DNA of 64,000 bases, taken from the sequence record SRR31156797_635. One strand, written 5' to 3'. The position numbers were made by a program, and so were the translations under genes. Each line of letters opens with the position of its first letter. The first letter of the stretch is position 1. The notes under the pieces are model-generated. The model did no database searches. It saw nothing but the letters and a program-made list of their open reading frames with translations, and was not told the DNA's origin. This document shows, one piece after another, positions 37,077-47,655 of the stretch.

Positions 37077-39335
37077 ATGGCTAAATTTACCAAAGAGGAT
37101 GCTCTTCGATATCACGAAGGCAATCGACCCGGGAAAATTGAGGTGATCCCAACCAAACCACATTCCACACAATTAGATTTGTCACTCGCCTACTCGCCAG
37201 GGGTGGCAGAACCTTGTCTTGAGATTGAGGCAAATCCTAAAGATGTGTACAAGTATACCGCCAAGGGAAATCTGGTGGCCGTAATATCGAATGGTACAGC
37301 CGTTTTGGGTTTGGGCGATATCGGTGCCGAAGCAGGCAAACCGGTAATGGAAGGGAAAGGTTTGTTGTTTAAAATATTTGCCGATATCGATGTATTCGAT
37401 ATTGAGGTAGATAGCAAAAATGTAGACGAGTTTGTTAAAATCGTTAAGGGAATTGCTCCAACCTTTGGAGGAATCAATCTGGAAGACATTAAAGCACCAG
37501 AGTGTTTTGCCATTGAAGATCGCCTGAAAAAAGAATTGAACATTCCAATCATGCACGACGATCAGCACGGAACAGCAATTATATCGGCTGCTGGATTGCT
37601 GAATGCAGCTGAGATACAGAAAAAGAAACTGGGCGATATCAAGTTGGTGGTGAGTGGTGCAGGAGCATCGGCAGTAGCTTGTACTCGCTTGTATATTTCT
37701 TTGGGCATCAGGAAAAAGAACATTGTAATGCTCGATAGTAAGGGAGTAATTCATAAATCGCGCCCTAATTTGAGTGGGGTAAAGAAAGAGTTTGCCACCA
37801 GTCAGAATGTAGAGACATTGGAAGAAGCAATGAAGGGAGCTGATATGTTCCTGGGTTTATCGGTCGCGGATTTGTTGAGCCCTGAGATGATAAAGACCAT
37901 GGCGCCCAAACCAATTGTATTTGCCATGGCCAATCCAAATCCTGAAATCGCCTACGAATTGGCTATGAAAACCCGTAAGGATATGATCATGGCAACGGGT
38001 CGTTCAGATCACCCAAATCAGGTCAACAACGTTCTTGGTTTTCCTTTTATATTCCGGGGAGCCCTGGATGTAAAAGCTACTGGTATTAACGAAGAAATGA
38101 AGATTGCAGCCGTTAAAGCTTTGGCAGCCTTGGCAAAAGAAGATGTACCTGATATTGTAAACACTGCTTATCACGAAATGAATCTGAGTTATGGACAAGA
38201 TTACATTATTCCGAAACCATTGGATCCACGCTTATTAACTGTTGTTGCACCAGCTGTGGCGAAAGCAGCAATGGATTCAGGTATTGCCCAAGAGCCAATT
38301 CACGATTGGGAGAAGTACAAAAATGAGTTGGAGAAACGCATGGGGCGCGACAATAAATTGTTGCGAGCCTTAACCGACAAAGCCAAACGAAATCCTAAGC
38401 GTGTTGTATTCGCCGAAGGGGCTAATTTTAAAGTGCTAAAAGCGGCTCAAACGGTATTGCACGAAGGCATCGCAAGACCTATATTATTGGGTAATCCAGA
38501 ACATATCAATAAATTGATTAAAGAGAATGATTTAGATTTGGAAGGTGTACCAATTATAAATTGGAGAGCTATTGAGGAGAGAAAAAGACGGGAAGAATAT
38601 GCGAAAATATTGTTTCGCAAGCGGAACCGAAAGGGTTTAACCTATACCGAGGCGGTGGATAAAATGACCAATCGAAATTTTTTTGGTGCCATGATGGTTG
38701 AAACGGGTGAAGCCGATGCTTTTATTAGTGGATCAACTTCAAAATATGCCGATACCATTCGTCCGGCTATTCAAACTGTAGGTATCAAGTCTGATATCAA
38801 TCACATTGCGGGTATGTATTTGTTGATGACGAAACAGGGACCTATTTTCTTTTCGGATACCACAGTAAATCCTCGTCCTGATGCTCAAACCTTGGTAGAT
38901 ACAACTTTACTTACAGCTGAGGCGGTTCGAAAATTTAATATTGAGCCGGTAATTGCCATGGTCTCTTATTCCAACTTCGGATCCATACGAGAGGGAAGTC
39001 CTTGTCGTGTTCAAAAAGCTGTAGAGATTCTTCATCACGAGCATCCTGATTTAATTGTTGATGGAGATATTCAAATGAATTTTGCACTGAATGCTGAGCT
39101 TAGAACCAAAATGTTCCCATTTTCAAAATTAGGTTGGCGAAAGGTGAATACCATTATCTTCCCTAATTTGAGTAGTGGTAACATTGCCTACAAAATGATG
39201 CAGGAAATTGGTGGAGCAGAGGCTATCGGACCAATTCTTCTGGGAATGAATAAATCCATACATATTGTGCCATTGGAGAGTTCTGTTCGCGAAATTGTAA
39301 ATATGGTTACTATTGCTGTGGTTGATGCGCAATAA
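37077..39335 (+). CDS. maeB: NADP-dependent malic enzyme fused to a PTA-like domain; likely start ATG 37077
   Basis: LAYSPGVA, NGTAVLGLG, GGINLED, HDDQHGT, GAGA, ATGRSD.PNQVNN and a C-terminal PTA domain. Confidence 0.95.
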   Translation: MAKFTKEDALRYHEGNRPGKIEVIPTKPHSTQLDLSLAYSPGVAEPCLEIEANPKDVYKYTAKGNLVAVISNGTAVLGLGDIGAEAGKPVMEGKGLLFKIFADIDVFDIEVDSKNVDEFVKIVKGIAPTFGGINLEDIKAPECFAIEDRLKKELNIPIMHDDQHGTAIISAAGLLNAAEIQKKKLGDIKLVVSGAGASAVACTRLYISLGIRKKNIVMLDSKGVIHKSRPNLSGVKKEFATSQNVETLEEAMKGADMFLGLSVADLLSPEMIKTMAPKPIVFAMANPNPEIAYELAMKTRKDMIMATGRSDHPNQVNNVLGFPFIFRGALDVKATGINEEMKIAAVKALAALAKEDVPDIVNTAYHEMNLSYGQDYIIPKPLDPRLLTVVAPAVAKAAMDSGIAQEPIHDWEKYKNELEKRMGRDNKLLRALTDKAKRNPKRVVFAEGANFKVLKAAQTVLHEGIARPILLGNPEHINKLIKENDLDLEGVPIINWRAIEERKRREEYAKILFRKRNRKGLTYTEAVDKMTNRNFFGAMMVETGEADAFISGSTSKYADTIRPAIQTVGIKSDINHIAGMYLLMTKQGPIFFSDTTVNPRPDAQTLVDTTLLTAEAVRKFNIEPVIAMVSYSNFGSIREGSPCRVQKAVEILHHEHPDLIVDGDIQMNFALNAELRTKMFPFSKLGWRKVNTIIFPNLSSGNIAYKMMQEIGGAEAIGPILLGMNKSIHIVPLESSVREIVNMVTIAVVDAQ

Positions 39336-39366
39336 GATTCCTTTTTTAAGGTGGTGAACCTGAATT

Positions 39367-39402
39367 AAACCTGTCGGGAATTATTTTCCTGATGGGTTTT
39401 TT
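39367..39402 (+). terminator. maeB terminator
   Basis: AAACCTGTCGGGAA...TTCCTGATGGGTTTTTT. Confidence 0.75.
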
Positions 39403-39897
39403 CTGCTTTAGTCAGTTTGTAGAAAAGAACCCCTTACTGGATATTTTCATCTATAATTTTCATTATTTAAAGGAAAAACCCAGTGTTTTGATCATCTATA
39501 ATAATTATAGATCAATAGCTGTAACCCATAGTTAATAAGGAGTTTATGAATGATGGGTAAGAAACCGATTTAAAATAAAATAAACAAAAGCCTGGTGTTT
39601 AATTTTTCTTATCTATTGGTAATCAGGATAAAATGCAGGTTGATCAGCTAAGAATGTCCTCTCACCAAAATAAATTAGATTCAGTCTAAGTAATAGGCAA
39701 TCAAATTTGTTCATTTGAGGAAATGTCCCGAAATTTTATTTACCGTTCAAAAAATGCTAAAAAGTTTGCCCTGCATTTTTCGGTGTATATGGATAAGTAA
39801 AATTATCCTTATAGAAATTAGATTGCTACCCAAATAGAACTATCAAAACAGACATGAGAAGTGTTAAACTTTTCTTGTAAGGAATTGTTTAAAAGAA

Positions 39898-39946
39898 TAT
39901 CGGCAGAAGCATTTTCTGTGACCGAGGAAGCGAAGCTATGCCGATA
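39898..39946 (+). promoter_or_regulatory. ops-like GCGAAGC inside a hairpin in the upxY leader
   Basis: TATCGGCA...GCGAAGC(39930-39936)TA-TGCCGATA. Confidence 0.5.
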
Positions 39947-40070
39947 CCCTATAAAATAGATAACGATACACCTTGAAAAATGGTTTAATCGGGCATCAAC
40001 CACCCATCAACCTAATCCGTTTTTCTTGCAGTCCTTTCATTCACTAGTATAAACCTTAACTCAATCAACC

Positions 40071-40595
40071 ATGCGAGGCTTACAGAGGCCTTATTTCTGG
40101 CACGCGATTTATACAAAGTCGCGTGCCGAAAAGAGGCTGTACAAAGAATTGTGCTCAAAAAATATTGAGTGCTACCTTCCGTTAAAGAAAGAGCTCCGTC
40201 AGTGGAGTGATCGAAGTAAATGGGTTGAAGAACCTCTACTACGATCGTACTTGTTTGTAAAAGTCAGCGAAAGAGAGTACTACGACGTAATGAATTCAAA
40301 TTACGCGGTTCGGTATGTAACTTTTGGTGGCAAAGCTGTGCCTATACCTGAAGACCAAATTCAGGCGCTTCAACTTTTCCTTGCCGATGAAAATCGAAAA
40401 GTAGATCTCAGTCATGAGAATCTGGAGAAAGGAGAATTGGTAGAAGTGGTTGGAGGTCCTTTAAAAGGAATCCAGGGTGAGATCATGCAAATAAGGGGAA
40501 AGAATAGAATTGTTATTCGATTCGATTCTTTGGGAACTTGTGTTTATACTGATATTTCAATGGACAAGATCAAACAAGTTCAATCCGTCTTTTAA
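40071..40595 (+). CDS. upxY: UpxY-family (NusG paralog) antiterminator
   Basis: W.A.YT..R.EK, YLP......WSDR.K.VE.PL..SY.FV and KOW GGPLKG..GE; heads the polysaccharide locus. Confidence 0.92.
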   Translation: MRGLQRPYFWHAIYTKSRAEKRLYKELCSKNIECYLPLKKELRQWSDRSKWVEEPLLRSYLFVKVSEREYYDVMNSNYAVRYVTFGGKAVPIPEDQIQALQLFLADENRKVDLSHENLEKGELVEVVGGPLKGIQGEIMQIRGKNRIVIRFDSLGTCVYTDISMDKIKQVQSVF

Positions 40596-40613
40596 GTTTA
40601 TCCAGATAATTTT

Positions 40614-41899
40614 ATGAAGCAATTTGAAGTAGTTACCACAATTGGATTGGGGTATATTGGACTTCCTACGGCCTCACTTATAGCAAATAGTGGGATTCGT
40701 GTGAAAGGAGTAGATGTAAATCCGAAAGTTGTTGAAGCCGTAAATCAAGGACGAATTATTATTGTAGAGCCTGATTTAGACAAGCTTGTAAAGCGTGTTG
40801 TTGAAGACAATTTATTGTCGGCACATACTGAACCAATGGAAGCTGATGTATATACTATTGCAGTTCCTACTCCCTTTAAAGGCAATCATGAGCCTGATAT
40901 TTCCTATGTTTTAGAGGCTACCAACTCAGCAATTCCTTTATTAAAAGCAGGTGATTTATTTATTATTGAATCAACCTCCCTGTGGGAACAACTGAGAAAG
41001 TTCGTGATTTGATTTACCTAAAACGTCCGGAACTAAAAGATCAACTGCATATCGCTTATTGTCCTGAACGTGTGTTACCAGGTAATATTATTTACGAGTT
41101 GGAACACAACGATAGGGTAATTGGAGGTGTAAATGAGGAGTCGACTAAAGTAGCGTGTGAATTTTTCAGAACTTTTGTAAGAGGTCAGCTACATGAAACC
41201 AACTCAAGAACGGCTGAAATGTGCAAGTTGGTAGAGAATTCTTCGAGAGATGTACAAATTGCCTTTGCTAATGAGTTATCAATTATTTGCGATAAAGCAG
41301 AAATTAACGTTTGGGAATTGATAGAATTGGCCAATCGACATCCTAGGGTAAATATTTTAACACCTGGTAGTGGCGTTGGTGGACATTGCATTGCTGTCGA
41401 TCCGTATTTTATCGTTTCTGAATATCCTTTGGAAAGTCAAATTATTGGAAAGGCAAGAGAGATTAATAATTACAAAGCATTCTGGTGTGTTGAAAAGATA
41501 AAGAATGCACGCTTACAATTTAAAATTGACAATGGATATGATGCTAAAATAGCATTGATGGGCATGGCATTTAAGCCCAATATTGATGATTTACGTGAAT
41601 CCCCGGCTAAATACATCACTCAAAAAGTAGTGCAAAGCAACCAGGAAGGAATTTTGGTTGTAGAGCCGAATATTAATGAACATGAGCTGTATTCATTAAC
41701 CAATTACAAACAGGCTTTTGAAGAGGCTGATATGGTAATTTATCTGGTGGCTCACGATGAATTTAAAATCCTTCCTTATTCGAAAGAAAAGGTAACCCTT
41801 GATTTTTGTGGTGTGACTCGTTATCAGGAGGAGCTTCCTGAAGAAGTACTTATAGAGGTAGAACGAAGAGTGAACAATACACAGCAAAATAGATCATGA
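40614..41899 (+). pseudogene. wecC: UDP-N-acetyl-D-mannosamine dehydrogenase split by a 1-nt deletion near 40978-40980 (real or sequencing error)
   Basis: IGLGYIGLPTA...IIESTS in one frame, then (PV)GTTE..CPERVLPG..GVGGHC..FKPNIDDLRESP in the next; TCCCTGTG lacks one C relative to TCC CCT GTG. Confidence 0.88.
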
Positions 41900-41967
41900 C
41901 TACTACTGTAGAGCACTGAAATTAGTGCTGCTACGAAAGAAAATTTACAATTTAAATCTTTTGACTT

Positions 41968-43191
41968 ATGAGTGTTAATGGAAAATATAGGGTTTTATTG
42001 GTGTTCGGAACCCGACCTGAAGCGATTAAAATGGCACCTTTGGTTAAGGAGTTTCAGAAATTCCCTGAAAATTTTGAAACAATAGTTTGTGTTACCGGTC
42101 AGCATAGAGAAATGTTAGATCAGGTTCTAAACCTATTCGAAATTATTCCTGAATACGATTTGCAAATCATGAAATCGGGTCAGGATCTATATGATATTAC
42201 CAGTAGAGTAATGTTAGGTATGCGTGATGTGTTTAAAATTGCAAATCCTGATTTGGTTCTGGTTCATGGCGATACAACAACATCATCGGCAACTGCTTTG
42301 GCTGCTTATTATCAGCAAATTCCAGTGGCTCATATCGAAGCAGGTTTGCGTACTCACAATTTATATTCTCCATGGCCCGAGGAGGCGAACAGACAAATTA
42401 CGGGACGATTGGCTCATTGGCATTTTGCACCAACCATTATGGCTCAAAAGAACTTAATGGATGAAGGAATTAGTAAAAATCGAATTTTTGTTACCGGAAA
42501 TACGGTAATTGATGCGCTACAGCTTACACTAACAAAAATACATCGATCGTCGCGTGTGGTAATGGATATTGTAAATGTTTTGCAAGCTAAAGGAATTCCT
42601 ACAGGAAAGGTAGCAGAATGGGTTTATCGAACCAGAAAAATGGTATTGATTACAGGGCACAGACGTGAAAATTTTGGAAGAGGATTTTTAAATATATGTG
42701 AGTCGATTAAATTTTTGGCAGAGAAACATCCTGATGTTGATTTTGTGTATCCTGTTCATTTGAATCCAAATGTGCAAAAACCAGTTTATGAAATTTTAGG
42801 CAACACTTCCTTAAATGGAGACAGAGAAAATCAAAACATTTTCCTTATCGATCCGATTGACTATTTGCCATTTGTATATCTAATGGATCTTTCATATTTG
42901 ATTTTGACAGATTCGGGTGGTGTACAGGAAGAGGCACCATTCCTTGGTAAACCTGTTTTGGTGATGCGGGATACAACAGAGCGCCCAGAGGCATTAACCG
43001 CAGGAACGGTGAAATTGGTAGGAACCGACTCACAAAAAATAATTGAAGCTGTAGATCTGCTTTTTAGCGAAGAAGTTACTTATAGAAAAATGGCCCATGC
43101 CATCAATCCTTACGGCGATGGGAAAGCTTGCATCCGTATTGTGCAAGAGTTGAAAAAAACATCATCGGTTCGCGAGCGAGTTGTCGCGTAG
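41968..43191 (+). CDS. wecB: UDP-GlcNAc 2-epimerase (non-hydrolysing)
   Basis: FGTRPEAIKMAP, TGQH, VHGDT, HIEAGLR, HRREN, DSGG.QEE and TERPE. Confidence 0.96.
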   Translation: MSVNGKYRVLLVFGTRPEAIKMAPLVKEFQKFPENFETIVCVTGQHREMLDQVLNLFEIIPEYDLQIMKSGQDLYDITSRVMLGMRDVFKIANPDLVLVHGDTTTSSATALAAYYQQIPVAHIEAGLRTHNLYSPWPEEANRQITGRLAHWHFAPTIMAQKNLMDEGISKNRIFVTGNTVIDALQLTLTKIHRSSRVVMDIVNVLQAKGIPTGKVAEWVYRTRKMVLITGHRRENFGRGFLNICESIKFLAEKHPDVDFVYPVHLNPNVQKPVYEILGNTSLNGDRENQNIFLIDPIDYLPFVYLMDLSYLILTDSGGVQEEAPFLGKPVLVMRDTTERPEALTAGTVKLVGTDSQKIIEAVDLLFSEEVTYRKMAHAINPYGDGKACIRIVQELKKTSSVRERVVA

Positions 43192-43201
43192 ATTATAACG
43201 A

Positions 43202-44662
43202 ATGTCAGAATTAAAGAGCCAAACCATACGAGGAGTTTTCTGGAGCTTTATTGAAAAATTTGGCAGTCAGTTCATTCTACTGATCTCTCAAATTGTTCTT
43301 GCCAGACTATTGGATCCCCGGGATTTTGGTTTGCTGGGAATGTTAGCGATTTTTATTGCCATTTCACAAGCCTTTATCGACAGTGGCTTCGACAATGCTT
43401 TGATTCAAAAAAAAGATGCCAACCAGACCGATTATTCAACGGTATTCTTTTTCAATATTAGTATAGGAGTAGTTCTGTATTTGATATTGTTTTTTACCGC
43501 ACCGTTGATTGCTGATTTTTTCAGGTCGCCGGAATTGGTTCAATTGACCAGAGTCGTTTGTTTGATTTTAGTTGTTAACTCTTTTGGACTGATACAATTT
43601 GTGAAGTTCAAAATTGAGATGAATTTTAAAGCCATTGCTCAGGTGGTGGTTATTGCGAATCTCTTATCAGCAGTTTTAGGAGTTGTATTGGCCTTGTTAA
43701 ATTTTGGGGTTTGGGCACTTGCTGCACAGGTAATTGGAATCTACTTTTTTAGAACCATACTGTTTTGGGTAAAAAGTACATGGAGACCTTCAATGGTTTT
43801 TTCCATTAAATCGTTTAAAGGATTATTCAATTTTGGATCCAAATTGCTTTTGTCTGGTTTAATCAGTCAAACCTTCGAGAACATATATCTTTTGGTGATA
43901 GGTAGAATGTTTTCTGCAACCGCCTTAGGATTTTACGATCAGGCAAAAAAGTTTCAGCAGGTTCCGGTAGCAACATTGGCTCAGGTAGTTGGCAATGTTA
44001 CTTTTCCGGCATTCTCGAAAATACAGGATGAAAATGAAAAATTAAGATTGGGCTTTCGAAAGTTGATCAAGCTATTGGTCTTTATTAATTTCCCACTTAT
44101 GATTGGACTGGCTGTAATGGCAGATCCTTTATTAGTTGTTGTTCTGGGAGATAAGTGGGAACCATCAGTGCCATACTTTCAATTGTTGTGTATTGCAGGA
44201 ATGATTTACACTTTACATTCCTCCAACCTGAATATTTTAAAAGTTAAAGGCAGGTCAGATCTTTTTTTGTATCTGGAAATAATAAAAAAAGCAATAGTAG
44301 TTCTTGCCATAATCATTGGATTAAAATGGGGAATTATTGGCTTGATAATCGGACAAATATTCACCTCATTCATTAGCTTTTTTATCAATGCATTTTATAC
44401 AGGAAAATTAATTTCCTATACCATATCAAACCAACTTAAAGACGTTAGTCAGACCTTCTACATTACAATTGTTATGGCGGCAGTTATGAGTTTAGGTTGG
44501 TTAATTCAAAATCAAATTTTAGCTCTCTCATATCAGATACTTAGTGGTATCGGAACCTACTTACTATTGGCTTTTGCAACAAAACAAGAAGCAGTTAGCG
44601 ATGGGATATCAATTCTTAAAGAACTAATACCTACACGAAGATGGAAAAACGCAAAATATTAG
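43202..44662 (+). CDS. wzx: Wzx-type polysaccharide flippase (WzxC-like)
   Basis: LARLL.P.DFG, about 12-14 TM segments, FG.KLL. Confidence 0.9.
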   Translation: MSELKSQTIRGVFWSFIEKFGSQFILLISQIVLARLLDPRDFGLLGMLAIFIAISQAFIDSGFDNALIQKKDANQTDYSTVFFFNISIGVVLYLILFFTAPLIADFFRSPELVQLTRVVCLILVVNSFGLIQFVKFKIEMNFKAIAQVVVIANLLSAVLGVVLALLNFGVWALAAQVIGIYFFRTILFWVKSTWRPSMVFSIKSFKGLFNFGSKLLLSGLISQTFENIYLLVIGRMFSATALGFYDQAKKFQQVPVATLAQVVGNVTFPAFSKIQDENEKLRLGFRKLIKLLVFINFPLMIGLAVMADPLLVVVLGDKWEPSVPYFQLLCIAGMIYTLHSSNLNILKVKGRSDLFLYLEIIKKAIVVLAIIIGLKWGIIGLIIGQIFTSFISFFINAFYTGKLISYTISNQLKDVSQTFYITIVMAAVMSLGWLIQNQILALSYQILSGIGTYLLLAFATKQEAVSDGISILKELIPTRRWKNAKY

Positions 44663-45822
44663 TAACCAGACCACAACTGCCACCTTTAAATGAGTTCATT
44701 CCATTATTGGCAGATATTTGGGATAGCAGGTGGTTGACCAATAATGGGAAATATCATCAGGAATTTGAAAAAGCTTTGGCTAGTTATTTGGGTGTTCCAT
44801 ATGTTTCTTTATTTGCTAACGGAACATTGGCTTTGATGGCAGCTTTGCAATGTTTGCGAATTAAGGGAGAGGTGATTACCACGCCATACAGTTTTGTGGC
44901 TACTACACATTCTTTATGGTGGAACGGAATAAAGCCTGTATTTGTTGATATAGAACCAGATTATTGCAATCTGGATCCAGCAAGAATTGAAGCTGCAATA
45001 ACTCCACAAACAACAGCAATTTTGCCTGTCCATGTTTACGGTAATCCTTGTGATGTTGACAGCATTCAGAATTTGGCAGATATTTATGGCTTAAAGGTTA
45101 TTTATGATGCAGCCCACGCTTTTGGTGTTCGATTGAACGGATCCAGTGTTTTAAATTATGGTGATTTGTCAATTGTTAGCTTCCATGCGACTAAAGTGTT
45201 CAACACCATAGAAGGTGGAGCCATTATCAGCCATGATATTAAGACTAAGAAAAGAATTGATTACCTGAAGAATTTTGGGATTGCCAATGAAACCACTGTG
45301 GTGGCTCCGGGTATTAATGCTAAAATGAATGAAATTCAGGCAGCTTATGGTCTTTTGCAGCTAAAGTATTTCGATACAGTTATCGATGGCAGAAAGCACA
45401 TTACAGATCGGTATAAGGAAGGTTTGAAAGATATTCCAGGTTTGCGTTTCCTGGATGAACCGATAGGAGTGGATTACAATTATTCCTATTTCCCGGTGTT
45501 TATTGATGATTTGGAATTTGGAAGAACTCGTGATGAAATATATGAAGAGTTAAAATCGCAGGATATCTTTGCGCGCCGATATTTCTATCCATTAATAAGC
45601 GAGTTTGCAGCTTATAGAGGTTTGCCTTCGGCAAAAGGATTGGATATTGCACATGAGATTTCCCGTCAAATTATTTGCCTGCCTTTGTATCCTGATTTGC
45701 CTGATGATGTAGTCGATTTGATTATTTCTATAATCTCATATATGTCGCAACCCGATGGAAAGAAAGTACCTATTAAAATTCTTCACTCCTACGAGAAGAA
45801 GAACAAATTGCCTAAAAAATAG
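44641..45822 (+). CDS. DegT/DnrJ sugar aminotransferase, VioA-like
   Basis: NGTLAL, TTPYSFVAT, YDAAHAFG, SFHATKVFNTIEGG, GINAKMNE and RRYFYP. Confidence 0.9.
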   Translation: MEKRKILVTRPQLPPLNEFIPLLADIWDSRWLTNNGKYHQEFEKALASYLGVPYVSLFANGTLALMAALQCLRIKGEVITTPYSFVATTHSLWWNGIKPVFVDIEPDYCNLDPARIEAAITPQTTAILPVHVYGNPCDVDSIQNLADIYGLKVIYDAAHAFGVRLNGSSVLNYGDLSIVSFHATKVFNTIEGGAIISHDIKTKKRIDYLKNFGIANETTVVAPGINAKMNEIQAAYGLLQLKYFDTVIDGRKHITDRYKEGLKDIPGLRFLDEPIGVDYNYSYFPVFIDDLEFGRTRDEIYEELKSQDIFARRYFYPLISEFAAYRGLPSAKGLDIAHEISRQIICLPLYPDLPDDVVDLIISIISYMSQPDGKKVPIKILHSYEKKNKLPKK

Positions 45823-45827
45823 ATCCT

Positions 45828-46790
45828 ATGGATAAGCCTCTTGTAAGCGTAAAAACCATAACATACAATCATGGAAAATACATTGCTCAGTGTATTAAGG
45901 GGATTGTAAATCAGAAAACCAATTTCTCTTTTGAGTTTATTATTGGTGAAGATTGCAGTACGGATAATACAATGGAAGTAATTCAGGAATACGCAAAGCG
46001 ATACCCTGATATTATTCGAGTAATTACAAGTGAAAAAAATGTTGGAGCAAGTGAAAATGATCATCGTACCGATATGGCTTGTAGAGGGAAGTATGTAACT
46101 TTTTGTGAGGGAGATGATTACTGGACAGATCCATATAAGCTGCAAAAGCAAATCGACTTTTTGGAAGCCAATCCTGATTATGGAATGGTTCATACCAATT
46201 TTTCCATTGTAAAGGGAGATAAGGTATCTAAAAGTTTTCGTGGTGACGAAATGTTACCTACAGGACATATTTTAGATCAACTGATAAGAGGAAATCATGT
46301 TGCAACTGCATCGGTATGTATGAGAAATAAAATTTTGCAAAAGATTCGTGCTGAGGAACAGATTAAAAGAAACGTATGGAGAATGGGAGATTATCCGCTC
46401 TGGTTGGAAGTAGCATCGATGACAAAAATTCACTATTTGAAAGATGATACGATTACCTATCGTATACATTCCGATTCGGCAACTCACGGTTTAGATTGGA
46501 ATGGGGATTATTATTTTTTTAAAGACAGATATGGCATAAAGAAACATTATATAGACAAATTTAACAGGAAGGAATTGCTTCCGTTCATATCTAAAATGTA
46601 CCACAGAGAACTTTTGAAATTTGCCATTTTTTTGAAGGATGAACAATTGAGAGAAGAATGCAACAAATACTATAAAGAAAAATCGGAAAGCGTCGAGTTA
46701 CCTTACCGTTTGTTATCGCAATTCAAAGTGTTTGATGCTCTTTATTGCTTTGTGTATTCATCAAGAAAAAAACTTAAAACTATCGTTTAA
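45828..46790 (+). CDS. GT2 glycosyltransferase
   Basis: YNH..YI, EDCSTD.T, CEGDDYW..P.KLQKQ and GD..LW. Confidence 0.9.
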   Translation: MDKPLVSVKTITYNHGKYIAQCIKGIVNQKTNFSFEFIIGEDCSTDNTMEVIQEYAKRYPDIIRVITSEKNVGASENDHRTDMACRGKYVTFCEGDDYWTDPYKLQKQIDFLEANPDYGMVHTNFSIVKGDKVSKSFRGDEMLPTGHILDQLIRGNHVATASVCMRNKILQKIRAEEQIKRNVWRMGDYPLWLEVASMTKIHYLKDDTITYRIHSDSATHGLDWNGDYYFFKDRYGIKKHYIDKFNRKELLPFISKMYHRELLKFAIFLKDEQLREECNKYYKEKSESVELPYRLLSQFKVFDALYCFVYSSRKKLKTIV

Positions 46791-46808
46791 CCAGTTTATT
46801 AGAAAGCA

Positions 46809-47585
46809 ATGCGGAATGCCAATCAGAAATCGGAAATAAGTGTAATTGATCGTAATCATGAAAAATCAACAGAGGAAGTTGGGACCTGTTTGTCGATTAT
46901 GCAACCTTACTTATTTCCTTATATTGGGTATTTTCAGCTGATTGAAGCATCTACCGAAATTGTGTTTTATGACGATGTGAATTACATAAAAAGAGGCTGG
47001 GTAAATCGAAATAGGATTTTATTAAATGATCGAGATTTTCTTTTTACAATTCCTGTAGAGAAAGCAAGTCAGAATAAAAAGATCAATGAGATTGTTCCTG
47101 CCATCGATGATAATTATAGAAGAAAATTATTCCTTCAACTGGAATCTGCCTACTCAAAAGCTCCGTTTTATAATGAAGTAATCAACCTATTGATTGATAC
47201 TTTTGAAAGAGATTATCAAAATATTGGCGATATGGGAATTCAGTCTGTTTTAGCAGTGTTTGAATATATTGGGAAAACAGTTCTATGGAGGAAATCATCG
47301 GTAAGTTTTCCTCAAAATGCTGGAATTGACAAAGCAGATCGTTTAATCGATATTACAAAACAGTTGGGGTATAAAAAATATGTCAATCCAATTGGAGGAA
47401 AAGAAATTTACCAGAAGGAATATTTTAAAAATCAGGGAGTTGATTTGTATTTTCTGAAATCAGGCAACATAAAATACAGGCAATCTTCTAAGGAATTTGT
47501 ACCCTATCTATCAATTATTGATGTACTAATGTATAATGACAAGAATACGGTGTTGAATTTTTTGAAGGAGTATGATTATTTGTAG
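46809..47585 (+). CDS. WbqC family protein (putative glycyltransferase)
   Basis: IMQPY.FPY.GYFQL, YDDV.Y....W.NRNRI, Y.KAP and LSIID.L. Confidence 0.88.
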   Translation: MRNANQKSEISVIDRNHEKSTEEVGTCLSIMQPYLFPYIGYFQLIEASTEIVFYDDVNYIKRGWVNRNRILLNDRDFLFTIPVEKASQNKKINEIVPAIDDNYRRKLFLQLESAYSKAPFYNEVINLLIDTFERDYQNIGDMGIQSVLAVFEYIGKTVLWRKSSVSFPQNAGIDKADRLIDITKQLGYKKYVNPIGGKEIYQKEYFKNQGVDLYFLKSGNIKYRQSSKEFVPYLSIIDVLMYNDKNTVLNFLKEYDYL

Positions 47586-47655
47586 TACCCCGAAATATTA
47601 ATTTCCCGAATCAACTTATAGATACAATTTAATTGTATTCGAAAAACCAATAGTT

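Noticed and set aside
39403-39860. Invertible promoter upstream of upxY
   Set aside because: Only short or imperfect palindromes (ATCTATAAT-A-ATTATAGAT, and a repeated CATCTATAAT); no convincing long inverted-repeat pair and no recombinase in the window
39818-40003. 61-aa minus-strand ORF in the upxY leader
   Set aside because: Antisense to the leader, non-ATG start, no motifs
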